From NCBI RefSeq assembly GCF_008065095.1, contig NZ_CP042911.1, forward strand, positions 4,950,001 through 4,982,000: a DNA stretch of 32,000 nucleotides, read 5' to 3'. The position numbers and the translations under genes were made by a program. Below are positions 8,097 through 16,076 of the stretch, piece by piece. This stretch comes from Gemmata obscuriglobus (lineage in GTDB: Bacteria > Planctomycetota > Planctomycetia > Gemmatales > Gemmataceae). Below the pieces are notes generated by a model. The model saw nothing but the letters and a program-made list of their open reading frames with translations, had not been told where the DNA came from and searched no databases. Positions within the stretch are counted from its first letter, which is position 1, and the number at the start of each line of letters is the position of its first letter.

Positions 8097-9611
8097 CTAC
8101 TTCTTCTCGACCGGCCGCGGGGCGGGCACGTCCCCGGACGGTTTTGATGGTGCCGTGGGTTGGGGCGCACCGCCGGTCGCGAACTTCATCCGCGCGAGAG
8201 CGACGAGCAGGTCGTACCGGGCGGCGTTCAGGTTCTGCTCGGCGCGGATGAGTGCGGTCTCGGCGTCCACCACGTCCGTCGGTTTGGCGTCCCCGCGGTT
8301 GTAGCGGTTGCGCACCAGACGAAGAGTCTCGATCGCCTGACCAACGGCCGACCGCGACAGTTTCAAGCGGCCGACGGCGTCCTCAATGTTTCGGTAGGCA
8401 ACGTGCGTCTCGAACGCGATCGTGTCGCACACCTGCTGCCCTTGTGCGAGCGCAACTTCAACCTCGGCCTGCGCGCCGTCGAGTTCGGCCCGGCGGCGCC
8501 CGCCCGTGTACAAATCCCACTTCAGCGCGATGCCGGCGTCCGCGACTTGCGAATTCTGCACCCGGCTCCCCTCAACGAGCGCGCCGCCCCCGCTCACGGC
8601 GATCGTCGGTAGAAAGTCGGCCCGCACGACATCCGTCCCGCGGCCGGCGGCGGCCACACCCAGCCGGACAACCGAGAATTCAGGCCGGCCGGCCACCGCC
8701 TGAGCCAGACAGTCTTCGAGCCGCACTGAATAATCGTCCAATTCGGCGCTGCGCTCGACCACCCGCGTCGGGGAGCTGACGTTGACGCCCATGACCCGGT
8801 TCAGCCCGGCGACGGCGATCTGGGACTCGCTGGTGGCCGTGACCAACCCTTGCCGGACCTCGGCCAAGAACACCTCGGCCCGGAGCACGTCCTCGTTCGT
8901 GAGCACCCCGTTTTGGGCCAGGTTCCGCACGTCCTTGAGGGAAGCCTCGGCCCTAACGACGGCCCGCTCGGCCACCACCTGCGCCGCCCGCGCCTGGAGC
9001 ACGCGGGCGTAGTTGACCGCGACATCGAACGCCACCGACTGACGGGTCCGCTCCCACTGCCACTGGGCGATCTCCGCCCGCAGGTGCGCCTGATCGCGGG
9101 CGGCCAGCCGCTTGCCGAACTGGAACACAGTCCACTGAACCCGCAAATCGAGCACCTCGAAGTCCTGGTTCCCCGGCCCGAACCCGCGGACCGGCAGCAC
9201 CGGGAACCGGCCCCCGTCCGGGACCCCGACGAACCCGGTGTGGCTGGAGTAGCCCTGGAACGCGTAGCTCGTGCCGACCGTCGGCAGAAAGGCGGCCTGC
9301 GCGGACCGCTCGCCGGCCTGACGGGCCGTAGCCGCCCACCGCGCCTCCGCGATGCGGGGGCTGTGACGCAGTGCTAGATCTTCGGCTTGCTCGAGGGTCA
9401 GAGGTTGGTCAAGGGGCGCGGAGGTCTCTGCGCCCGTCTCGTGCGGCGCCGGCACCGAACCGGCGGGCGGAACGACCGGGTCGTACTCCTTCGGAATCAC
9501 TTGCGGGGCGGTAACTCGGGCGGCATACGCCCCCCCCGGGTCCGTCGCCGAGGAGTGAAGGCACCCGGCCGCACCAAGGACCGCAACCGCGGCCGCGCGA
9601 ACGTGGCGCAT
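8097..9611 (-). CDS. TolC-family outer membrane efflux protein
   Basis: Track ORF 8097..9653. Start moved to ATG 9611, preceded by GGGGAG, giving MRHVRAAAVAVLGAAGCL (signal or lipobox-like). It shows two repeats of the OEP pattern: TLEQAEDLALRHSPRIAEARWAATARQAGERSAQAAFLPTV... and LEDCLAQAVAGRPEF...ADFLPTI. Confidence 0.85.
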   Translation of the reverse strand: MRHVRAAAVAVLGAAGCLHSSATDPGGAYAARVTAPQVIPKEYDPVVPPAGSVPAPHETGAETSAPLDQPLTLEQAEDLALRHSPRIAEARWAATARQAGERSAQAAFLPTVGTSYAFQGYSSHTGFVGVPDGGRFPVLPVRGFGPGNQDFEVLDLRVQWTVFQFGKRLAARDQAHLRAEIAQWQWERTRQSVAFDVAVNYARVLQARAAQVVAERAVVRAEASLKDVRNLAQNGVLTNEDVLRAEVFLAEVRQGLVTATSESQIAVAGLNRVMGVNVSSPTRVVERSAELDDYSVRLEDCLAQAVAGRPEFSVVRLGVAAAGRGTDVVRADFLPTIAVSGGGALVEGSRVQNSQVADAGIALKWDLYTGGRRRAELDGAQAEVEVALAQGQQVCDTIAFETHVAYRNIEDAVGRLKLSRSAVGQAIETLRLVRNRYNRGDAKPTDVVDAETALIRAEQNLNAARYDLLVALARMKFATGGAPQPTAPSKPSGDVPAPRPVEKK

Positions 9612-9954
9612 CCGACCGCTCCCCGCTAAAGGCCCCGGAACGCCCATAATCACAGCTCGTTGTGGATGTGGCGTGGGATACCCGCACCCGCCCGGGCCGT
9701 CAATCGAACTCCCTGATACCCAAGTGCGGCGACAGTGGCGAAACCCGCGCGTAACACGACCCCATGGCCTAACCGTCCTTGCGCCCGACGGCGCGCATGG
9801 GTGCCGTGCGGCACCGCGTGCCTCAAGCCCGCGTCATCTCGTGCCTAGCCGTCTGACCATAAAAGTGAGCACTTGTCCGAAGCGTACCGCTCCCGCAGAA
9901 TGCGAGAGCGTGGGCTCCGTTCGCCACAGAACCGTACCGCTCAGGGGGAAGAAG

Positions 9955-10965
9955 ATGTCGGTAATTCAGGCGTGGGTGGCTCCGGCGGCCGGGCAGAAGT
10001 TGACGAAACAGGACGTGGACCTTGGGCCGCTCGGGTCGGACGAGGTGGAGGTTCAGGTCGAGCACTGCGGGCTGTGCCACTCGGACCTGTCCGTGCTGAA
10101 CAACGACTGGGGCATCGCACAGTACCCGGCGGTGCTCGGGCACGAGGCGGTGGGCCGGGTGGTGGAGGTGGGGACCGGGGCCAAGGGGCTGAAGGTGGGG
10201 CAGCGGGTCGGGATCGGGTGGACCGCCGGGAGTTGCATGCACTGCCGCCCGTGCAAGTCGGGCGATCAGCACCTGTGCGACCAGGCCCAGCCCACCATCG
10301 TCGGGCACCGGGGCGGGTTCGCCAGCCGGGTCCGGTCCCACTGGGCGTGGGCGGTGCCGATCCCGGACGCGCTGCCGGCCGCCGACGCCGGGCCGCTGCT
10401 GTGCGGCGGGATCACCGTGTTCAACCCGATCATGATGCACGCCCGGCCGATGAGCCGGGTCGGGATCGTGGGCATCGGCGGGCTCGGGCACATGGGGGTC
10501 AAGTTCGCGGCCGCATACGGGTGCGAGGTGACCGCGTTCACCTCCAGCGAGCGCAAGTTCGAGGAGGCCCGCGGGTTCGGGGCGCACCGGGTGGTCGCCA
10601 CCCGGGACTCGGACGCCGTGCGCCAGTTGGCCGGGGCGCTGGACCTGTTGATCGTCACCACCAACGTGGCGCTCGACTGGGACGCGATGCTCGGCACCCT
10701 GGCCCCGAACGGGCGCATGCACGTGGTCGGGGCGGTGCTGGAGCCGATCCCGGTGACCGTGTTCCCGCTCATCATGAAGCAGGGGTGTATTTCCGCCTCG
10801 CCGACTGGCTCCCCGGTGGCGATCGAGGACATGCTGGCGTTCGCGGCCCGGCACCAAGTTCTACCGACCACCGAGCACTTCCCCATGAGTCAGATCAACA
10901 CGGCGTTCGAGCGGTTGCACGAGGGCAAGGCCCGGTACCGCATCGTCCTCGACGCCGACTTCTGA
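9955..10965 (+). CDS. Zn-dependent NAD(P) alcohol dehydrogenase (YahK/cinnamyl-alcohol-DH-like)
   Basis: In frame with track ORF 9673..10965. ATG 9955 follows AGGGGGA. Motifs: HCGLCHSDL, GHEAVGRVVEVG, structural-Zn cysteines CMHCRPCKSGDQHLC, and Rossmann GIVGIGGLGH. Confidence 0.85.
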   Translation: MSVIQAWVAPAAGQKLTKQDVDLGPLGSDEVEVQVEHCGLCHSDLSVLNNDWGIAQYPAVLGHEAVGRVVEVGTGAKGLKVGQRVGIGWTAGSCMHCRPCKSGDQHLCDQAQPTIVGHRGGFASRVRSHWAWAVPIPDALPAADAGPLLCGGITVFNPIMMHARPMSRVGIVGIGGLGHMGVKFAAAYGCEVTAFTSSERKFEEARGFGAHRVVATRDSDAVRQLAGALDLLIVTTNVALDWDAMLGTLAPNGRMHVVGAVLEPIPVTVFPLIMKQGCISASPTGSPVAIEDMLAFAARHQVLPTTEHFPMSQINTAFERLHEGKARYRIVLDADF

Positions 10966-10969
10966 CCTT

Positions 10970-11011
10970 CCTGAGGTGAGCGGATGTCTGGCTGCTCACC
11001 AAACCCTCAGG
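10970..11011 (+). terminator. GC-rich interrupted stem-loop 5 nt after the ADH stop; possible terminator, but no U-tract
   Basis: CCTGA (10970-10974) pairs with TCAGG (11007-11011). GGTGAGC (10975-10981) pairs with GCTCACC (10994-11000). Loop is 12 nt. No T-run follows. Confidence 0.25.
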
Positions 11012-11165
11012 TCGGAGCCGGCGAGTACCATATCCGCAATCGCGAGCAGTCCCGCCGCACACGCAACGCTCGAACGCGATCCTCATCACTCGGGCTTGCG
11101 CTGGAACGGACCGAGAACGAGTTCCGGCCCGTTCAGAAAATCGGAGTCGGATCAGTTGATCTGGA

Positions 11166-11633
11166 TCAGCCTTCGATCTCGAAGATGCACTCGATCTCGA
11201 CTGCCATGCCGCCGGGCAGCGAGTTGTGGCCGACCGCGCTGCGGGCGCCGACGCCGGCGTCCTCACCGAACACGTCTTTCATCAGCTCCGAGAACCCGTT
11301 GATCACCTTCGGCTGATCGACGAAGTCGTCGGTGCAGTTCACCATCCCGAACGCCTTGACGAGCCGTTTCACCTTGTCGAGTGAGCCGAGGTGGTCCTTG
11401 AGGGTGGACAGGATCGCGAGCCCGGTTTGGCGGGCCGCCTCTTTACCCTGTTCCAGCGTGAGCTTGTCGCCGACCCGACCGAGGATGAGCGTTTTGTCCT
11501 CCTTCAGCGGCCCGTGCCCGCTCACGTACAGCAGGCTCCCGACCTTCACCGCGGGCTTGTACACCGCGACCGGCTTCGGCGCCGGGGGGAGCGTGAGGTG
11601 CAGTTCCTGGACGCGCTTCTCGGGGCTGGACAT
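11166..11633 (-). CDS. ridA: RidA/YjgF-family reactive-intermediate deaminase
   Basis: Track ORF 11166..11639, whose first codon is TTG. ATG 11633 lies 8 nt after AGGAG. Family pattern: LLYVSGHGP..., ARSAVGHNSLPGGMAVEIECIFEI. Confidence 0.85.
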   Translation of the reverse strand: MSSPEKRVQELHLTLPPAPKPVAVYKPAVKVGSLLYVSGHGPLKEDKTLILGRVGDKLTLEQGKEAARQTGLAILSTLKDHLGSLDKVKRLVKAFGMVNCTDDFVDQPKVINGFSELMKDVFGEDAGVGARSAVGHNSLPGGMAVEIECIFEIEG

Positions 11634-11720
11634 CGTCAAAACTCCTGGGTGAACGGGTTGGCGTTGTGATAACCGCCGCAGGGGTGCGAGGCAAGAAAGC
11701 GGGCAAGAAGACGGCGGCCC

Positions 11721-13961
11721 TCATCCCTCCGAAATCAGCACCAGCGCACTGAACGGCACCAACGTGTACGTGATCCCGTCGGCGACCGGCGGCCCGTTTT
11801 CCGTTTCAACGATGTCCTCGGGACCGGGCATTGCGGTGTCGACCAGGCGGCGCCAGCGCCGCCGCGTTGGGGCCGGGGGGATCCGGAACGCGAGCGGCTC
11901 GCTCCAGGCGTTCAGCGCGACGTAGAAGTCGTTGTCGATGTGGTAATCGCGGTCGTGTTCGCGGCCCGTGAACCGGCCGTCGAGCGCGAACGCGAGCGTG
12001 CGCGCCGTGCCGCCCCAGTCCGGCTGATACGGCTCGGTACCGTGCCAGTGGATGTCCGCCAGGAGCGGCGTACCGCCGGCCCCCGGGGTACGGGTGGCAC
12101 GTGCGAACTCACCCACCGCGCCCGGGGACAAGCCGGCGTCGCCCGGACGCACCGGGCCGCCCGGCGGGAACACCTCCGCCGCCGCGCTCGCGAGGCCCGG
12201 GGACTCGCCGCGCATGAGCTCGCCCACGAAGAACCGCCGCCGCCGCAACACGGGGTGCCGCTTGCGCAGGTGGATCAGCTCGCGCACGAACCGCAGGAAG
12301 TCCTTGTTGCCCTCCGCCAGGGTCCAGTCGACCCAGGAAATCTCGTTGTCCTGGCACCACGCGTTGTTGTTGCCCTGCTGGGTGCGCAGGAACTCGTCGC
12401 CCGCGAGCAGCATCGGCACCCCCTGGCTCAGCATCAGGGTCGTCATCATGTTCTTCGCCTGGCGCCGGCGCAGCGCGAGGACCTCGGGGTCGTCGGTCGG
12501 CCCCTCGGCGCCGCAGTTCCACGAGCTGTTGTGGCTCTCGCCGTCGCGGTTCCCCTCGCCGTTCGCGTGGTTGTGCTTCTCGTTGTAACTCACGAGGTCG
12601 TTCAGCGTGAACCCGTCGTGGGCGGTGACGAAGTTCACCGAGTGCCGCGGCAGCCGCCCGCTCCACTGGTACAGGTCCGCGCTCCCGCACACGCGCTCGG
12701 CCATCGCCGGCGCCAGCCCGTGGTCGCCTTTCCAGAACCGGCGCACGTCGTCCCGGTACTTGCCGTTCCACTCGCTCCACCGGCGCCCAAACGGGAACCG
12801 CCCCACCTGGTACAGCCCGCCGGCGTCCCACGGCTCGGCGATCAGCTTGGTGTCCGCGAGCACGCCGTCCTCCGTTATGCTCTCGATAACCGGCGGCTCC
12901 ACCATCACGTTCCCGCTACGGTCGCGCCCCAGGATGGAGGCCAGGTCGAAGCGGAACCCGTCCACGTGCATGTCCGCGGCCCAGTACCGCAGGCACGTCA
13001 TGATGAGGTCGCGCACCACCGGGTGGTTGCAGTTCACCGTGTTGCCGCACCCCGAGTAGTTCAGGTAGCGGCCCTGGGGGTCGAGCAGGTAGTACAGCTC
13101 GTTGTCGAGCCCGCGGAACGAGTAGGTGCGGCCCTGGTCGTTGCCCTCGCCGGTGTGGTTGAACACCACGTCCAGGATCACCTCAATGCCGGCCGCGTGC
13201 ATGGCCTTCACCATGTCGCGGAACTCGTGCGTCTGGCCGAAGCGGTTCGCGGTGGCCGCGAACGCGGCCTTCGGGGCGGCCAGCGCGACCGGGTTGTAGC
13301 CCCAGAAGTTGACCAACTTCTCGCCGGTGTCGGGGTTGAAGAACGGGCAGTCGCACTCGTCCCACTCGAACACGGGCATGAGCTCGACCGCGGTGACCCC
13401 GAGCCACTTCAGGTACGGGATCTTCTCCACCAGGCCCTTGAACGTGCCCGGGAACTGCACCCCGCTCGACGGGTGGCACGTGAACCCGCGCACGTGGACC
13501 TCGTAGATGATCGAGTCCTCGTACTCGATCAGCGGCGGCACGTCCTCCTCCCAGTTGTACCGCGTGCCGCGGCGGAACAGGCTCCGGCGCGAGGTGCGCT
13601 GCGGGTCCGTTTCGCACGTCCCGGCCCACACGGCGCCCTCGGACAGCATCGCGCAGGCCGGGTCGAGCAGGAGCCGGTTCGGGTCGAACCGGGTCCGCGG
13701 GCCGCGCGGGCCGTCCACCTTCCACCCGTAGCAGAACGCCTCCGGCAGGTCGTGGACGCGGATGTGCCAGTGATCCCCGGTGCGGTTCAGGCGGGCGTCC
13801 AATGGCAGCTCCGCCAGCGGCGTGCTGCCGCCCTCGGCCGGGAGGATCACCAGCGTCACCCGCTGCCCGTGCCGACACAGCAGGGCGAAGTTCGCACCGT
13901 CGGGGGTGAGCGTCGGACCGAGCGGCAGCGGGCGCCCGCGGCTGGTGCGGAACGGCATCAT
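11721..13961 (-). CDS. glgX: glycogen debranching enzyme GlgX (GH13)
   Basis: In frame with track ORF 11721..14255. Start placed at ATGATG (13961), MMPFRTSRGRPLPLGPTLTPDGANFAL. GH13 regions present: DVVFNHT, GFRFDLAS, AEPWD, FVTAHDGFTL. The upstream 98 codons are R-rich and run into a palindrome, so I treat them as non-coding. Confidence 0.9.
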   Translation of the reverse strand: MMPFRTSRGRPLPLGPTLTPDGANFALLCRHGQRVTLVILPAEGGSTPLAELPLDARLNRTGDHWHIRVHDLPEAFCYGWKVDGPRGPRTRFDPNRLLLDPACAMLSEGAVWAGTCETDPQRTSRRSLFRRGTRYNWEEDVPPLIEYEDSIIYEVHVRGFTCHPSSGVQFPGTFKGLVEKIPYLKWLGVTAVELMPVFEWDECDCPFFNPDTGEKLVNFWGYNPVALAAPKAAFAATANRFGQTHEFRDMVKAMHAAGIEVILDVVFNHTGEGNDQGRTYSFRGLDNELYYLLDPQGRYLNYSGCGNTVNCNHPVVRDLIMTCLRYWAADMHVDGFRFDLASILGRDRSGNVMVEPPVIESITEDGVLADTKLIAEPWDAGGLYQVGRFPFGRRWSEWNGKYRDDVRRFWKGDHGLAPAMAERVCGSADLYQWSGRLPRHSVNFVTAHDGFTLNDLVSYNEKHNHANGEGNRDGESHNSSWNCGAEGPTDDPEVLALRRRQAKNMMTTLMLSQGVPMLLAGDEFLRTQQGNNNAWCQDNEISWVDWTLAEGNKDFLRFVRELIHLRKRHPVLRRRRFFVGELMRGESPGLASAAAEVFPPGGPVRPGDAGLSPGAVGEFARATRTPGAGGTPLLADIHWHGTEPYQPDWGGTARTLAFALDGRFTGREHDRDYHIDNDFYVALNAWSEPLAFRIPPAPTRRRWRRLVDTAMPGPEDIVETENGPPVADGITYTLVPFSALVLISEG

Positions 13962-14114
13962 TCGGCGGACCTCGGACAGGGTGGGCGCGACGGGGTTACC
14001 GGTACGGCTCTCCGTGCGTGAGGCAAGAACCCGTAACCCTACAACAGCCCCCGCGCGAAAGCGAATCGCGCCGGCCTTCAAACCGAGCGCGGGGCCGTGC
14101 GGCCGTGAGTCCGA

Positions 14115-14174
14115 CCGCCCACGGCGGGCGTTTGGGAGCGGCCCGGGCCGCTCCCAAACGCCCGCCGTGGGCGG
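14115..14174. repeat. 60-bp perfect palindrome (30-bp arms, no spacer)
   Basis: CCGCCCACGGCGGGCGTTTGGGAGCGGCCC (14115-14144) is the exact reverse complement of 14145-14174. I checked it base by base; the first mismatch is 14114/14175. Each arm holds a nested hairpin CGCCC-ACGGC-GGGCG. Confidence 0.95.
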
Positions 14175-14519
14175 CCTGTTGCGTCGGCGCCGTACTCGTA
14201 GGGCGCGAGTTCTTTGAGACGTGGCGGCTGGTTTACAGACTGCGTTTTTCAACAACTCCGGGCGAACGCCACATACGTGCCGCCTCTCACGACTTCATCG
14301 GCGCGGTATCAACAGGCGGCACCCGAAGACCGGCATCGAAACGTTTGCGAGCACCCGGGGCCTACAGCAAGGCCCGAACCCGATTCGAACCGGATCTGGC
14401 GCGCACCGTCGCAGACCACGTGACCGCCGCGCTATTGGGAGCGGTCCCGGTGCGTTGTGTGTTCACCCGCGTGGGGCGGCGCTCCTCGCAGTTGCCACCG
14501 AGTGCCGAAGTTCGAGAGT

Positions 14520-14862
14520 TGTTCGACAAGATGCCGATGAGCCCGGGGTTGACCCTAAAGCGATTCGCCACCGCGCTTGACCCAGGAACCGAATTGGCAA
14601 CCCTGTACCGGCGCCGGCAGGATGCCGAAACGGACATCTGGAACATCAAGGAAACCCTGGCATGGAACGACTTACGGGCCAAGGGGCGGCGATGGTGGGA
14701 AAGGAATCGGTGCTAGGTGTGGCGGCCTACAACACAGTCAATCACGTGAGCCGGTTGGCCCCGCCGGCGCGGCCAACCGGCTCGTATTCGCAGGCGCGCG
14801 GACGTTGCCCGGCACGTTGCTGATGGCCACGGCACCCACCACCCGGCGTGGAGAGCCGATTC
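14520..14862 (+). pseudogene. IS4-family DDE transposase, C-terminal remnant with frameshifts and no N-terminal part
   Basis: ...LTLKRFATALDPGTELATLYRRRQDAETDIWNIKETLAWNDLRAKG carries an exact Y-(2)-R-(3)-E-(6)-K signature (Y codon 14606-14608, K codon 14648-14650). After the stop at 14716 the similarity continues in another frame (AMVGKESVLGVAAYNTVNHVSRLA), then a third. The left boundary is uncertain. Confidence 0.55.
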
Positions 14863-14864
14863 TA

Positions 14865-14889
14865 GTCTCTTTTTAAGTTCAGCGTAGCG
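14865..14889. repeat. IS630-family element, left terminal inverted repeat
   Basis: See the mobile element entry; matches the reverse complement of 15869-15893 at 23/25 positions. Confidence 0.85.
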
Positions 14890-14937
14890 CTGAAGTTTGG
14901 AATCGATTATAGGGGGTGTATCCGACCGGGGGATGCC

Positions 14938-15896
14938 ATGAACGCGCTGTCGATGGACTTGCGGAAGCGGGTGCTTGAGGACTGTGATGCGGGGATGGGA
15001 ACCACGGCCGTCGCGGAGAGGTACAAGGTGAGCGCGTCGTGGGTACGCCGTCTCAAGCAGCGGCGTCGGGAGGACGGGCGCATCGAGCCCGGGTCGTGCC
15101 GCAACAACCGGGTGCCCCAACTCGACACCCAGGCCGAGCGGATCCGCGAGGTCATCGCTGCAACGCCCGACATGACCCTCGAAGAGCTCAAGGTGAAGTT
15201 GGGCGTTGCGGTCGCCCTCGGGACCCTGTGGCGAGCCGTCGCCAAGCTCGGCCTGACGGTGAAAAAAAAGTCCAGCGGGCGTCCGAGCAGGAGCGCCCGG
15301 ACGTGAAGCAGAAGCGGGCCGATTGGAAGGCGACCCAACCGGCATTGGACCCGGACAAGGTGGTGTTCATCGACGAGACGTGGGCCCGCACGAACATGAC
15401 CCGGCGTTATGGCCGGAGCCCCAGAGGGGAGCGGCTGGTGTGCCCGGTTCCGCACGGGCACTGGAAAACGACGACGTTTGTGGCGGCCCTACGGGCCGAT
15501 GGGCTGACGGCCCCGATGGTGATCGATGGGGCCATGACCGGGGACCTGTTCGTGGCCTACGTGAAGCCGATCTTGGTGCCCACGCTCCGGCCCGGTGATG
15601 TGGTGGTGATGGACAACCTGATCTGCCACAAGCGGGTCGCGGCCAAGCAGGCGATCGAGGCCGCGGGCGGCCAGGTGCTGCTCCTACCGCCGTACAGCCC
15701 CGACCTGAACCCCATCGAGTTGGCGTTCTCCAAACTCAAGGGGTTGCTCCGAGCCGCCGGGAAGCGAACCATCGACGGCCTATGGGACTTCTTGGGAAAA
15801 GCGGTGGATGCGTTCACACCCGACGAGTGCCGACGGTACATCCGGCACTGCGGATACGGAATCAATACCGCTACAATGAACTTAAAAAGAGACTAG
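14938..15896 (+). CDS. IS630-family transposase, made from two frames joined by a -1 shift at an A8 run
   Basis: Frame 1 (14938..15306) is the HTH part: MNALSMDLRKRVLEDCDAGMGTTAVAERYKVSASWVRRLKQRRRE... The -1 frame holds the catalytic part: VQRASEQERPDVKQKRADW..., VFIDETW, VVMDNLICHK, PPYSPDLNPIELAFSKLK (the DDE triad). The TAG stop (15894-15896) uses the terminal TA plus one flanking base. Confidence 0.85.
15262..15269 (+). other. A8 slippery run; candidate programmed -1 frameshift site of the IS630 transposase
   Basis: GGTGAAAAAAAAGTCC. Reading one A twice joins ...LGLTVKKK to KVQRASEQERPDV... An A9 run would give a single ORF. Confidence 0.6.
15869..15893. repeat. IS630-family element, right terminal inverted repeat
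   Basis: CGCTACAATGAACTTAAAAAGAGAC. It also encodes the last residues of the transposase (TATMNLKRD). Confidence 0.85.
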
Positions 15897-16076
15897 CAAC
15901 TGTTCGGTTGGTGCCGTCAACGGGAGTTGCCACGGTGAGCATCTCCGCGCACCATCACCGCGGAACGATCGGCCTCAGCAAACGCAAAAAGTCCGACACA
16001 CGCGCTGACGCAATAGTACATGCCATTGGCCGGCTCCTGCGCCGCACTCGGCAGAAACACAAGGTACACGATCCAG

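Larger units (their letters stand above)
14863..15895 (+). mobile_element. IS630/Tc1-mariner-family insertion sequence (about 1.03 kb) flanked by TA
   Basis: The 25-bp terminal inverted repeats match at 23/25 positions: GTCTCTTTTTAAGTTCAGCGTAGCG (14865-14889) versus the reverse complement of 15869-15893. TA lies on both sides (14863-14864, 15894-15895). It encodes a DDE transposase. Confidence 0.9.

Noticed and set aside
9883-9942. 10-bp direct repeat CGTACCGCTC (9883-9892 and 9933-9942) upstream of the alcohol dehydrogenase
   Set aside because: By a rough estimate, a 10-mer repeat in a 343-bp GC-rich spacer is not far from chance expectation, and there is no symmetry or further support.
11940-14021. 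693-aa plus-strand ORF and other long ORFs overlapping glgX
   Set aside because: It is antisense to a frame with unambiguous GH13/GlgX motifs, and its composition is low-complexity R/A/P/V-rich.
13962-14255. N-terminal extensions of track ORFs: glgX here; likewise 9673-9954 for adh, 7134-7247 for the LexA-like gene, 1664-1732 for nagA and 17346-17381 for the dehydrogenase
   Set aside because: The extensions are R/P-rich, lack similarity to the family N-termini, and internal starts have better Shine-Dalgarno-like motifs. Several track starts are GTG or TTG printed as M.
14371-14400. GGTTCGAATCGGG on the minus strand resembles a tRNA T-loop (possible tRNA fragment at an island boundary)
   Set aside because: The flanking bases do not form a T-stem, and no acceptor, D or anticodon arms can be drawn.
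14018-14716. 232-aa ORF taken as an intact gene
   Set aside because: Its N-terminal half runs through the 60-bp palindrome and is R/A-rich filler. Only the last ~65 residues resemble a protein (IS4-family YREK region), and that similarity continues in other frames after the stop. I treat it as a pseudogene fragment.
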